This document shows positions 27,601 through 41,899 of a DNA stretch of 64,000 nucleotides, in pieces; position 1 is the first letter of the stretch, and each line of letters starts with the position of its first letter. Source of the stretch: Eledone cirrhosa (lineage: Eukaryota); assembly GCA_964016885.1 (NCBI GenBank), contig OZ024745.1, positions 62,930,001 to 62,994,000 of the forward strand. Reading direction: 5' to 3'. Under the pieces are notes generated by a model. It had not been told where the DNA came from, made no database searches, and saw only the letters and a list, made by a program, of their open reading frames with translations. Position numbers and translations under genes: made by a program.

Positions 27601-28459
27601 TATATATATATATATATATTCATATATATAGATATAAATAATATATATATATATTAATTAATTTATATATATATATATATTAGTTTATATTAACTTGTAT
27701 ATATATATATATATATATTCATATATATATATATAATATACATATATATATATATATACATTATACACACATATATATACATTATACACACACACACATA
27801 TATGTCTGTGCGTGTGAGTCTGTATATATTTATATATTATATATGTGTACGTACTTATATATATATACATACATACTAACAAATGAATGTACGTTCGCAC
27901 ATACACATTTCATCGTAGGTTACAATCATATGTTTAATTAACCTATATTGCCTTAGCTGTGTATATGTCTCCCGTTCTTAAACCATTGGTTTCTCTGCAT
28001 GTAGAGATCGGGATCATATCGACTATCGATAAGTTTCAATGTCTATAATGCCATCATCAGTGTTTGCTTGCGCATGCTGTTTGCTAAGAGCCTGAAGGTT
28101 ATATCTGTTTAAATGCAATATAAGCTTCATGTTAAACCCGATGTAATCGTCGACGATCATTTTCAACTATGCTTATTTTCACAGCAGGTCTAATATTTAA
28201 AAAAAATTATTCTAGAAGTGCAAAGTTAACTATTGCAATAAACGCAATAAAAGCATGAATGTAAATGAAGGAAGGAATATATCGATATCAATAAAAACGT
28301 GAATAATTTATGTTCAAATCAACACTCAAGTTGTTTGCATTTGTTTAATAATAGGTTCAAGTGAAGATACACATACACACATCCACTGATATAGATATAT
28401 ATATGTATATCAGTGGATGTGTGGCTGTATTTGTGTGTATATATGTATGTATGTATATA

Positions 28460-28840
28460 TATACTATAAAGCAGACGGCCGTATGTAAGCAACAAACTTT
28501 CCGCCAAGCGGCTGGACCAAAAAGCACCAAATTTGCACCGCATATGTAACTTTTGCCAAGTAAGAAAGTGAGGGTATTTTTGTCTACTGAATTTTGTTAA
28601 AAGATTAAAGACATTATTTAAATATTCACTTCTTTAACATTTTCAAATGTCAACACTTCCGGTTATACGACATTCCTAACGTCTTCACGAACCAAAGTAT
28701 CATCTTCCTGTTTTCTTTCGGTTGCAACGTTTTTCGAAATATTTACTTCTGCGTTCACAGATTGATTTTTTTAGTTTCAGAAGATCTCGTTAAGGGTGAA
28801 AGCAGCGATTCTTTGCTTTAACTTTAATCTGTTATTTTAA
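28460..28840 (+). mobile_element. Helitron-related repeat fragment
   Basis: Shares ATTCACTTCTTTAA...AAATGTCAACACTTCCGGTT with the Helitron at 40266-40726 (inverted). Confidence 0.55.
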
Positions 28841-29049
28841 TATATATATATATATATATATAATTATATATTCGTGTACATATATTTTTGCATACACAAA
28901 AACAAAATATAAACAAAGGTATTCATTTCACGAAAGCACAGACGGCTTATCATCATTGTTACTGCCGATATGCTACCTAAAAAGTCCTAGCCTGGCCGCA
29001 AGATCAGATTTTCAAGAAGAAAAAATGTTACTAGAGCAACAGAGAGACT

Positions 29050-29235
29050 AAAGTTCGCGATTTCCATCAACAAAGCTCAGGGTCAAACCCTAAAAGTGGC
29101 TGGCCTTCATCTGGGAAAACCATGATCAATTGTATGTAGGGTGCTCTAGATAGAGCTCGCCAAACAATCTCTTCATCTTTGCTCCCGAGGGCCGAAGAAA
29201 AAATATTGTATACTCTGAGGCTCCAACAATGTGAT
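29050..29235 (+). mobile_element. Helitron RepHel PIF1-helicase C-terminal fragment
   Basis: FAISINKAQGQTLKVAGLHLGKP../QLYVGCSR*SSPNNLFIFAPEGRRKNIVYSEA. Confidence 0.88.
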
Positions 29236-29975
29236 TTATGTATTTTCTGTTACTTGGAATTTCCATTATGGTTGTACAAATTATTGTAAAGTTTGTTAAC
29301 AAAGGTGTTCTCTGTTCAACCTTTATTGTTGTAACTATAAATTTTCTTTAACGTTCTGGCTGGAAAAGAAACCTACAATGAAAGATCATCTTAAATTTTA
29401 CTCAAGCCAAATGTATTTATTAACATTTCTATCTGCAGGTTCTTAGCAAGCTTACTGGCGCTTTAGTATGGTATTCAATTCTCATATCGTTTTTGATTGA
29501 TATGGTGCATATATCGCAGCTATCATATGTTTTAAACATTAGATAACGATTGCTGATGTATATTGTACGACAGAATTAGCTGAAAAATATTTTGAATGAA
29601 CAAATAAAAGAGATATAAAAGAGAAATTTTTGTTGGTTGGTTCTTTCGAGTATCACACGAATAAAAATGAAAAGTGACAATCGGAATGTATGTACAGGAT
29701 TGGGATAAGAGTATATCCAGGAACGTCTATTGATACTACTTTTATGACACCAAAGAAGAAGAAAGACGTACCACGTATGCTAACCAACCTGACTGCTATT
29801 TCTAGCAGGTTGGGAATCAACCCTAAGGGATTCTCTGTGCGAGTTCGTTGTCAGTGATGATGGTGTTTCGCGGCCTATGTCTCCGATTCCAACGGTGGTT
29901 TACACACACACACACACGCACATGCACACACACGAACACTCACACAGGCACATACACACACACATATATATATAT

Positions 29976-30006
<31 letters not shown>

Positions 30007-30221
30007 CACACGCACACACACACGAACACTCACACACACACATATATATATACACACACACACACACAACACACACACATTGTAAACAAGACAATGCATT
30101 CAATACATACGTTTTCTCTTCTGTCAGTCTTCTCTTATCATGTGTTAACCTTGGCGAAGCTGGGTACCTCAGCTAGTGATATATATATATATATATATGC
30201 GTGTGTGTATGTGTGTATGTT

Positions 30222-30257
<36 letters not shown>

Positions 30258-30289
30258 TGTGTGTATGTGTGTATGTTTATGTGTATATA

Positions 30290-30358
<69 letters not shown>

Positions 30359-31407
30359 ATTTCAAACGTCACAGTTACAACAGTCAATATTTTCTACATT
30401 ATTGCAGCAACGTATATATCATTTTCAGTTAAACGAGAATCCAAGAATCATGATTTATCTTCCATTTAGCTGATACTTCGTGAAATATTCAATTATGTCA
30501 GGGGGGCATAGTACCTCCATAGGCAAGTAACAAAACAAGTCGTTGAAAATCAGTTAAAATACAATTCTAGAAAGTCACAATGGTAAGAAATGCTCTACCA
30601 CTAAAGAAAAGAAATAGGTGGAAAGAGACGATTAATGCACGATAGGTCGACGTTTCAGAATAATAGATTATCTATTGTGTTATTGTCGACATGCTCAATT
30701 ATCTGAGTTTTCTACAAACCTTGATTTCAGAAGGCTTCAGTGGAGATGGAAATATCTAAATACATGGCATTTTTCTAAACATCAGTTATGACATAATGGG
30801 TGTTTCCTAAATACAATAAATAGGATTGCCAATTGACTGAAACCTCTGCTTAAACTAGCGTAGTTTCCAGAGCAAGACCTAACATACTTTAGTAGCAGTA
30901 TTGAAGCATAATTCAAGATATACATAGAATTTAGTTTTATGATGTCTCAAAATATTTGACCGAAATATGATACATCAATATATCAAAAATATGCTAGTTG
31001 TAAAGTATATAAACGAAAAAAAAAAAGGAAATCAATAAATGGCTCATCTTTCTGGCAGTCGTTGAACTTATCTAGCGTGTTTTCTGTTTAACTAGAGGAT
31101 GGTAACTTTTCAGAATGGTAGTAAATTTATTGTTGATATAACTATAAATTCGTCCAACATACAGAAGAAAAGAGCAGCATTGGAAAAGGCTTAAATTCGT
31201 CATTCCTACCATATTCTTGTTTCCATTAAGTTGCTCTGATAAAAGCACATTTCTCAGATATCGAAATGATATATCTGGCAGATATTATCATGTCGTTTTT
31301 CGAATTGTTTCAACTTTTGGCACAAGGCCAGCAGTTACCCAGTGCAGTAAAGTACCAGTAATGCACTGAATAATTTGTGGCCTTGTGCCAAAAGTAGAAA
31401 CAATTAT

Positions 31408-33170
31408 CATATCGTTTTTTGAATTCCTGCTGTGCCACCTTGACACATTCGCTAACAACATAGCTGGCCGTTTCTTCTTTTGTCCTACATAATGTCAGTT
31501 TTAACTTTTTGTCAGCATGATATTTAATGTAGTTCGAAGAGTCTGCTCTTGGTACTGCACACCAGAAATTAGGTGCTTAATTGTATCCTTCCATTCCTTT
31601 CCAAGTTCATTGTTCACTCTCTTCTTACATTCAGATTTCAGTGTATCAAAGTCTCTTACTTTTGATATAATATTACTCCTTGCATGTTTAAAGTACAACT
31701 TCTTAGCCCTCATTATTAGCGGTGAATTGGCAGTATCGGTAGAGGGTCGGACGCCATGCTTTGCAGCATAGTTAGGTCCCTTTACGGTCTGAGTTCAAAT
31801 CCCGTCGAGGTTAACTTTGCCTTTCAGCCTTACGGAGTCGATGAAATAAAGTACCAGTAATGCACTGGTATAATTTCTGGCCTCATGCTAAAAGTAGAAA
31901 CAATTATTAGACCACAGAGGGCGGTGGATTGGCAGTATCGGTAAATGGTCGGACGCCATGCTTTGACGTATAGAGTTGCGGCCCTTACAATTCTGAGTTC
32001 AAATCCCGCCGAAGTTAACTTTGTCTTTCATCCTTACGGGGTCGATAAAATAAAGTACCAGTAATACACTGGGGTAATTGCTGGCCTTGTGCCAAAAGTA
32101 GAAACAATTATTAGACCACAGAGGCGGTGGATTGACAATATCGGTAGAGGATCGGACGCTTTACTTTGCAGCAAAGAGTTATGGCCCTTTATGGTCTGAG
32201 TTCAAATCCCGCCAAGGTTAACCTTGCCTTTCATCCCTACGGGGTTGATAAAATAAAGTACCAGTAATACATTGCGATAATTGCTGGCCTTGTGCCCAAA
32301 GTAGAAACAACTATTAGACCACATTACAAGTCTCACTGACCCGAGGTATTCTTTTTTGAACACCGCATTCATTTCATTCTCGTTGATCTCATCCAACTCA
32401 AAGACACCGAAATAGTTGTATCCTACATCTTCCATTTCTTTAATAGGCTTGCCATTTACAAGCTATCCATCTATTTGTTAGTCTACCACGTTTTCGTATT
32501 ACAGCACCACATTTCTTTATCTCAAACTCCATCCCTATATCCTGAGTAATCAGGATTACAGTAAATGTTAAGCTGTCAATTTCGTCCTGTTATTTTCCTC
32601 GCAAATAACTTTTAATGCTTCATAACCATATTACCATCTGGCTCCTATCCCATTTTCACTTTCTCTGGGGGATCATGGAGATGACACATAAAAGGGGTGA
32701 TAAAATGTCTGTCTGAAATATGCCCCTCCGTATATTAACAGAGCCGTTTCCCAAAAGGGAATTAAATCTGTTTTCCAGCTGATCATCGATCATTCTATAA
32801 ATCTAATATATTGAGTAATTTCTAGACACTCTAATATCCAACTGTAGGGGGACCATGTCGTAGACTTTCTCATAGTCCATGCACGTCATTTTACAATCTG
32901 TATAGATTGTTTTATCAGACAGCATTTGATTTGCTGTATTCCTGCTGTTCATTTTCCACGCTTCCCTCTCTTCCGGTAGAATTTCATTCACCCCAAGGAG
33001 ACACGGTCTCCGAGATGACTCCAATCATAGGTTTCCACATTAGTGGCAAGCAAAGTATAGGTCTGACATTAACAATACGTTGCCTTCAGCAGATTCCTTC
33101 TGACAGGGTACAGCCCTACCTTTTGTCCTCCATATAATATATTTGCATGGCTGTTTAGCATGGCATCCCT
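31408..33170 (-). mobile_element. Degenerate R4/Dong-like LINE interrupted by a SINE trimer
   Basis: DYEKVYDMVP, YNYFGVFE and a C-terminal CRTKEETASYVVSECVKVAQQEF knuckle remnant. Confidence 0.75.
31718..32316 (+). mobile_element. Three head-to-tail tRNA-derived SINEs (31718-31908, 31919-32112, 32122-32316)
   Basis: A box TGGCAGTATCGG, B box GAGTTCAAATCC, shared core and AAAGTAGAAACAA(T/C)TATT tail. Confidence 0.92.
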
Positions 33171-33207
33171 CATCATTATTAACGTTATTATTATTATTAT
33201 AAAAAAA

Positions 33208-33319
<112 letters not shown>

Positions 33320-34860
33320 ACTGCAGATTGGGCTAGCCTACACCTTGTCAATATGATGTTCCGTCCACATCATTCTAAATGCTTGCTCCTGTGCAACCAA
33401 TAGCATTTCTATTGTAGTTTTTTAAGGATCTATTTCTTCAGTCAGTTCCGTGTCTGCTGATCTCTGAATTCTGTTTTCTTTATAAACATGCTACGACGGG
33501 CTTTTCCATTCACTTTGTACTTCCTCTTTGTCGGAACTTCTTTCTTCGATATCCCATGGTCTATATCACCTCCTCATATATATCGCTAAGCATTGTTTCG
33601 TTACTCTCAGACACATATTTGTGTAAACTGCTCTTCTCTACGTGAACACAGTCATCCACTCTGAGGAGACCTCTCCCACCTGCAGATCTCCTTAAATACG
33701 GTCTATCAACATCAACCTTTTTACGTCTATCAGCAACATCCTATTTAGAAAGCATACTGTAAGTAGTCATTAATGTCCTTGTCTTCATTAATATTCCAGT
33801 TTTTTTTTCCCAGTTTACATTCCATTAAAGTATTCCCACACTGTACCTAATAATAGACACAGCTCGGGAATTTATTGCACTAATGGCATTCCTACAATCT
33901 TTATGTATTTAGATCTTACCATCTACTACATTTTATTGTCCATGATGTTATCTGCCTCCAAATAAGTATACCATTCTGCGATTTCAATCTCTTTTATCAC
34001 CTCATCCGTTAGTATCTCGATTCCTTTGCTTTACTCATTCTCATCACTAGGACTCCACATTTATTAACACCAAATTCCATACATATGTAATTGCCTAAAA
34101 TACAAGCAGTGATAACAAGTACATCCAGCGTTCTTCCCAAAGAGTTTTAGTTCGTCCATGAAGAGGAGGTGTTTTATGGTAAGCTCTCCACTTCCCTGTT
34201 TGTATCCTGCCTTCACTATTTGATATAAGAATAAGGACAAACAATAATTGACACAGCCTACTTGGAAGTAACGTCTCTTGATTTCCACTCCTCCCAAGGA
34301 TTCTGGCACTGGTGTTAAATATGTCTCCCAGTTGTTCATGCTATTACTTAATAGCACACTGATGTGGTCCGCCATTTCTAGGCACATAATAATCCAATAA
34401 TGATGAACCATCTCGAATGCATTTTTGTATCCATCCTATGCTTAGAACAGTATGTCTCCTTTTCAGTTCCTTCTTATCACCTTGTCAATACGTAACTGGA
34501 CTTTTCTACCAAGGGATTTCTTTCTCTATCGTTTCTCTAACTCTGGTAATAGGTCGCTTATTTCCTGATTGTGGTAGATTTCTAGAGACATAATGCTTAT
34601 TAGTAATTTCCACAGCAAGGACAGATATATGATAAGACTATAGCTGGAAACCTCATTTCCCTTAGTTTAGTCTTCCATTACTATAACCATGATACATATT
34701 GTCAACCACTGCGGTACTTTGCCCGATATCAAGCAGTCATTGGACATGATCAACTGTATCGAGGGGTGAGACCTTATAGTCTTAGTCTAATATCCTTGCA
34801 AAAACTCCGGGCCCGCTGATTTCCAGTTTTAAGGGTTTAAGTCGTGATACTCAAGTCAGG
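33320..34860 (-). mobile_element. Second degenerate R4/Dong-like LINE
   Basis: YKNAFEMVHH, HLLFMDELKLFGK, AINSRAVSIIRYS, DVDRPYLRRSAGGRGL, AQEQAF. Confidence 0.85.
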
Positions 34861-34892
34861 TTGTTTATATGCTTATTCATTTATTATTATTA

Positions 34893-35223
34893 GATTGACA
34901 GTATCGATAGAGCGTAAGACACCATGCTTTGCAGCATAGAGTTATAGCCCTTTACGTTCTGGGTTCAAATTCCACCCATGTTATCTTTGCCTTTCATCCT
35001 TACGAGGTCGATAAAATAATGTACCAGTAACGCACTGGGGTCGATTTAAAAAATTTCCCCTCTGCTTCAAATTGCTGGCTTTGTGCCAAAAATAGAAACC
35101 ATTATTATTATTATTATAACCTCCTGCCGAGGTTAACTTTGCCTTTCATCCTTACGGGGTCGATAAAATAAAGTACCAGTATTGCACTGGGTAATTGCTG
35201 GCCTTGTGCCTCAAGTAGAAACA

Positions 35224-35259
<36 letters not shown>

Positions 35260-35365
35260 ACCTCCCGCCGAGGATAAACTTTGCCTTTCATTCTTACGTG
35301 GTCGATAAAATAAAGTACCAGTAATGCACTGGAATAATTGCTGGCCTTGTGCCAAAAGTAGAAAC

Positions 35366-35434
<69 letters not shown>

Positions 35435-35663
35435 TAGGGCAATGAATTGGTAGTATCGATAGAACGTCGGAGAATATGCTTTGTGGGATAGAATTACAGC
35501 CATTTACGTTCTGTGTTCAAATCCCGCCGAGATTAGGTTGCACTTTCATAATTACGGGGTCGATAAAATAAAGCACCAGTAATGCACTATTGTCGATTTA
35601 ATCGAGTTTCCGTGCTTCTCAAATTGCTGGCCTTGTGCCTAAAGTAGAAATCATTATTATTAT
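34893..35663 (+). mobile_element. Array of four SINE copies with (ATT)n tails; two are 5'-truncated
   Basis: Units at ~34893-35117, 35120-35255, 35260-35430, 35437-35663. Confidence 0.9.
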
Positions 35664-36753
35664 CAATGTTGGGAAACTATACTAAATACAAAACTTCTCA
35701 AGCCAGTTTAATATAGTTCTATCAGATATGGTGGAAATTGATATGTTGCAGCGAAAGTTAACAATGATATTGTAGAGATTTATGTTATGTCATTGATAAC
35801 GGATAAAGAAAAAAAATAAAACAGTTACTTTAACAAAAAAGAAATATAACAAACAAAATGAAAACAAAAATATATAGAAACATGAACACTACATAGAGAC
35901 TGCTTCAGTTGACAGATCTAGAACAGATTTGTTTGTCGCTAAATATAACACATAATCCACGTAGACGGACAATAATTAGTCCTCCTTCAACTTGTGAACA
36001 AGCCATTGATTGTGTAGTTTTACGTTATCTGCATTATCTCGATGAAGGTGCCAAGAATATCACTCAGATTTTATTGTCTGGATGTTTCAAATGACATCAA
36101 GTGTTTTATTTTATAATCTACCACTGTGGCAATGTTGATGCTACAGTATGATTTTGATAGGCATTGTGTCACATAAATCATTGGTTAGTTGGGGCACTAG
36201 GCAAAGTCACTGTCTGAAGATATGTGTTTTTTCTAGGACACCTCATTCGTCAGCCCGACAGAATTTAATTGTTTTCATTTGAGTTGTAAGTTTTCAAAAA
36301 CATAAAAAGTCACCACATCTTAGTAATGATCATTTGAATAATGTGTAGTAATTTGGATACAGTATCAGTGACAGCATATAACCTACGGGATTTACACTTT
36401 GTCAATTGTGGTTCCAATGGGAAATATCTCTACTTAATTGGTATATCCATATTATCTGAGAAACGTACAGCAAGTCTCACAAATAAGACAATCGGAAATT
36501 GAAAAAATTATAAATAAATATATGTAAGAATCCATATATATGATACGTTTTTGATTCTAGAGTAGGGGCCCACCACAACCGTTCGTACTGTGCTTGTTAA
36601 TGATATTAACAATCTGCCTGGTACGGATCTGCTTGTGACGGATACCGAAACTGATGTAGACGTTAATATTATCCTCCATATTGGTAACCAGATACACACT
36701 TTGAGTGCTGAACATGACGAGCCTCAGTAACTAGACGTTACAGGCCAACTTTT

Positions 36754-36847
<94 letters not shown>

Positions 36848-36859
36848 TATATATATGTT

Positions 36860-36980
36860 AGTCAGTCAATGGTAAACATTGAGGACCGAATGAATTAACT
36901 GATATAAAAGATACAGAAGCGGAAACCAACCAAACAGTGAGTGTGTTCTGTTCTTAATTCTGACGATATTATTACAACAA
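36860..36980 (+). repeat. Unclassified dispersed repeat with an inverted copy at 55500-55630
   Basis: GTCAATGGTAAACATTGA...ACAGAAGCG...ACCAAACAGTGAGTGTGT versus its reverse complement. Confidence 0.65.
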
Positions 36981-38152
36981 TATGACCATCCCCAAGTATA
37001 ACAATAAATATATAAATATATTATGTTAATATTACTCTTCCGAAAGTCAAGGGGTCAAACATAAATAAACATGCTTATATATATATATATATTTAACCAC
37101 TGGAAATTCAAATCTTTTCACTGTGTAAATTTCAAGGCTCATTGTACCTTTTAATGCTACTTGTTGAGGTAAATGGCCTGTTTCTATTGACAAGGACCAA
37201 TATAAGGAATTATGGAAAACATTCTGCACCGCGAGTCTACGGCTCGGATGAGAATTCTCGATTACTCAAGCCATAAATACAACATAATTTAATAAAAGCA
37301 ATTATAAACAGAATTGCTAGTAATTTGTTCTCTGGAATGGGGATGGGTAAATAATTCAAACATTGTATTACTGATGACAATTTCACACGCATTATTAATG
37401 ATCGTAGAATACTGAAAGCACATTGCCACTAACATCTGTTACCATAAACATCTTCAGATCCTAGCCTACATAATAAAATATAACCCTCATATATTTATAC
37501 GTATTGACTTACAAAAAATGCATTTAAAACTAGACGTTGTGAATGTTATATTAGAAGAAAAATATTAATGGCTTCCAGAAGTCAGAATGTCACACAGGAC
37601 CTCAAACTAGCGAGCTAAACCTATGTGAAACGAAATGAACAGCCAAGAACAGCATCCGAACGACAGAACAACTTAATACTATAATTTAAGCATTCTACAC
37701 AACATATACATATATAAATATGAGTGCCATTAATCAGAAAACGATACATCAAGTATTATACGAAGATATCCGCGATATTGATGCAAGCAGTAGAGTTTTG
37801 ATGAAATAGTTGAATTATTTATTGTGTATAACTGATATACTTCATAACGTCTACTCAACCAAGATGATTTTGGAGATAAATCCCAAATGAGAAACCAAGA
37901 ATCTCTACATTGAACTCAATCAAGGCTTACATAAGGACCGAATAACAGACACAACATCAACATGTTAAAACAGCATGAGAAGTACACTTAAACTTAATTA
38001 ATCGTAACAAAAGATCCCATAGGCTTTAGAATACCTATATATCGATATACGTAGCTAGTTATATCAGTCAAATCCAATACAATATAAATGAAACCCTAGT
38101 ATACTGAAAATAAGATAGGAATGACAGTGTTTTCGATACATTACATGTTTAC

Positions 38153-38400
38153 CAGCACAGACTTCGCTGCTCACCACAACGAAGAGGACGAACGCTCTGT
38201 GATAGGTTTGTATTCGAGCCTGTGGGAATGGAACATTGCGGTGACCTTGACCCATGCCATTCCTACTCACGGCTATCGGAGCCGAGATGACTTCCCAAAA
38301 ATGGGAGGCGTGCAGATTGGAGTGGCTGTTCCAACAACTTTCTCTCGCCATCCTCCAAATTCTCAATTTCTGACCACCAAAACCACGAAGCGGACTAAGC
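38153..38400 (-). CDS. Candidate host coding exon, possibly ending in a signal peptide
   Basis: GC-richer unique island with acceptor CTCACTCTTTTAAG|, donor CTG|GTAAAC, and an open frame ending RAFVLFVVVSSEVCA-G(phase 1). No homologue recognised. Confidence 0.35.
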
Positions 38401-38423
38401 CTTAAAAGAGTGAGTAGTAAATA

Positions 38424-38545
<122 letters not shown>

Positions 38546-38822
38546 ACTTACATATACACGAAGTAAACAGTTATAAAATTTAGTAAGCAACAGGCAACGA
38601 CATTTGAGAGTAGAGAAAAGTAGATAATATCCAACACAATAAGATGAATATTCACGGCTGGAACGTTTTTGAAAGGAAGAAAAATGGAAGAAAAAAAATG
38701 TATTCATTAAATATGAGAACTATATCAATTTTGTTTTAAACATTATCTAAAATAAATTCCTTTTATTTTTTAACTTTCACACACATAAATTCTACATCCC
38801 TAATAAATCTTTCTGTTACGGT

Positions 38823-39078
<256 letters not shown>

Positions 39079-39092
39079 TATATATATACATA

Positions 39093-39243
39093 CAGGTAAA
39101 ATTCCGTAACGAATACCATTATAACGAATTTTTTTCTATCCCCGAAAATAAGCTCGATGTATTTCGGTCGATCTCCTCATAAAGAATTTTTTCGTTTCAA
39201 CGAATGTCTTTTTATACCCCATGAATTTCGTTATAACGGAATT

Positions 39244-39249
<6 letters not shown>
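39093..39249. mobile_element. pogo/Tc1-like MITE
   Basis: Imperfect TIRs CAGGTAAAATTCCGTAACGAA / TTCGTTATAACGGAATTTCACTA flanked by TA. Confidence 0.7.
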
Positions 39250-39293
<44 letters not shown>

Positions 39294-39297
<4 letters not shown>

Positions 39298-39501
39298 GAG
39301 AAAATACGGGCAGAGGTCACTGAGGCTCGTGAAAGGAGGCGAAAGGCATCAACAGCTGCCCCAAGCGAATCCGGTCTCTTCCCCTGCCCCCACTGTCCCC
39401 GGACCTGCAAGTCAAGGATCGGCCTCCACAGCCACCTTCGTGCCCACGGCAGACGGGAACTAAAATATTGATGTCATCATCGTTTCCGATGGACAACCAA
39501 G
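39294..39501 (+). mobile_element. RTE-clade LINE 3' end with C2H2 finger
   Basis: RERRRKA...FPCPHCPRTCKSRIGLHSHLRAH, short 3' UTR with CATC..GATGG stem, within (TA)n. Confidence 0.85.
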
Positions 39502-40265
39502 ATATATATATATGAAAACCATTGAGATGATATGATTTGAACTAGGGGTTGAAAGAACTTCCAACATGCAGGTAGAATATCAATTTAAAGTATTGTCCTG
39601 TTTACCCACATTAGTAATAAATAAATTAACAGACGCTCGGCAATAACAAACTTCACCTTCTCTATATACTCGTCTCTGTTTCTCCTCATTGTCTCCTATC
39701 GTCATCCCTTCCCTTCTCCTCAAAATGTCCACTAACTATTCATACATGCTTTAATCCGACAGCATTAGCAACAAAATAATTAATAATGCTAAATGAACAA
39801 ATATAAACTGAAAACTGTGTGTATGTATTCATATGTATGAGAGAATAAGAGAGTAGAAGAAATAAAGAGAGGATGTGTGTGTGTTCGTGTGTGCATGCGC
39901 GTGTGTGAGCTTTGCTCGTAGCAACTAGAGCAGTTGAAGAACAATTACCCTGGTAACCATGCCAGACTATAGCAAACATCAGCAGACATTCACATTGAAC
40001 TAGACTTTCAAATGTAATTTACAAGTCTCACCTATTTTACTTGTAAATTTTTCTCTATTTTTCTGTGTATGCCAAAGCTTCTATCAGTTAAATTTGTATA
40101 TTTCATAATTTATGAAAGGTATCAAGAGAAAGTGAAATGTTGTAGTAGGTGCTAACGTACTCGGCCCACTGAATATAAATAAATGTCCTTTTTCAATAGG
40201 TACAGAAGCAACGTACTTAAGGGAAATGAATATGATAATACGTCATTCATATATTATTAAGAAGA

Positions 40266-40726
40266 CTAGCAGAAAACCACCCTTCGGGTGGTTTTCTGCT
40301 AGCATGTGTAGTGTGTATATTATACGCAGGTATATATACATGTAGATATGATACATAAAATAAAATCGTAATTGATAATAGATAATACAAGAAATTGAAC
40401 GAAGATGCGTTACACTATCTTATGTAATCAGTAACGTAATCCATGATACATTAAAAAAGACGATATTATATATGAACTGCATTAGGAGAAAATTAGTATG
40501 TTTATTTAAGCGATGGCCAACCGGAAGTGTTGACATTTCAGAAATTTTAAAGAAGTGAATCTTTAAATAAATAAAATATATTTAATCAACAGCCACGAAA
40601 TTTAGTAGATAAATTATGTAATATTCATTAATTATTTATTCAAAGTAATCCAACTTATTTTACTAATGTAATAAAAAATTATAAACCGTACGCAGTCCCG
40701 CGCTCCTTACTTTATTATAGTTTAGA
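40266..40726 (-). mobile_element. Non-autonomous Helitron
   Basis: Minus strand starts A|TCTAAACTATAATAAAG and ends with hairpin GCAGAAAACCACCC-GAA-GGGTGGTTTTCTG and CTAG|T. Confidence 0.75.
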
Positions 40727-41463
40727 TTCAGAATATAGAAATTGTACTGTAATTTTCATTTGCTATTTGATATTTATGTTCACCTTTATAACAAATAAAT
40801 ATAGGTAAAATATAAGTTGTTTCTCTATATTTACAGATATAGTGAAATAGGGAAAATAGCACCTAATAGACAAAAAAATAGCACCTAGAATCGTTAAATA
40901 TCTAAATAAATATGTCTCCCTCAACATCTTCTAGGGAAACGCTTTCTCTATTCTGTCTGCCAGGGCCCCGGGCGGCCAGCGCGTGGGTGCTCGTAATAGT
41001 GAGACATGGGGAGAGCAGGAGAATCGGAGGCAGTGACAGTGGGAGTTTGGTTTTATTGTGTTCAGACATGGTATATATATGTATATATTTATTTATCACA
41101 CCACATTAATACTTCAAGTACAAATTGTATAATATGGTCGTAGATACACTTTCATCTGACAAAAAATGTGATAGTCTCATCCAATGCACACACACATACA
41201 CGCACACACACACACACACAAACACACACATACACACATATAAAACATATATTTCATTTTTTTAAAATTCCCTGTCAATCTAAATAAAAGTGATTACTAT
41301 GAATAATGCAGTCGAGAAAACTGTAAAAAATTACTGTTGCGTACTTGGTCACAGCTGGCTGGTTAAAAAGTTCGCATGGCATCAATGAACATTGATTGAC
41401 GATCATCGTGTGTACCTGTCACACACACACATGCGTATACCTCCCCATACGCACGCACGCACG

Positions 41464-41494
<31 letters not shown>

Positions 41495-41899
41495 GTATGT
41501 GTGTGTATATATATATTGTGTGTGAGTTTGTTTGTGTGTGTGTGATGTATGCATGTAGCCCGCGTTTCTTTGTACGTGTATTCTTTTTTTTATTATCTCA
41601 CGTTTATCTAAAGAATGAGTACTGTACACGAAAGAATAATTACTGAAACTAGTAGAAGATTGAAAGAGTAATTGTCCCGATTGATCAAAGCTGACTTGCC
41701 ACAGTGTATACAAATATAATCAAAAGACGAAATTAAAGAACACAAAGATTGAAATGGTATATGGAGACTTTTGTACTCAGTGATGTGGAACTGATTCAGC
41801 CGAAAATGGAAACGGTAGCCGTTCTTACCACGTTGTGATCTTTCTGTCAGCTCCACATAATATAGAAAGTTTGAAGTATAATTGTTCTGATTATTGAAA

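Noticed and set aside
30640-30745. Minus-strand GAAACGTC with upstream CTGAAG
   Set aside because: Core incomplete and no convincing stem I.
39157-39471. C2H2 zinc-finger host gene
   Set aside because: Single finger of the type ending RTE ORFs, with a LINE 3' UTR and TA flanks.
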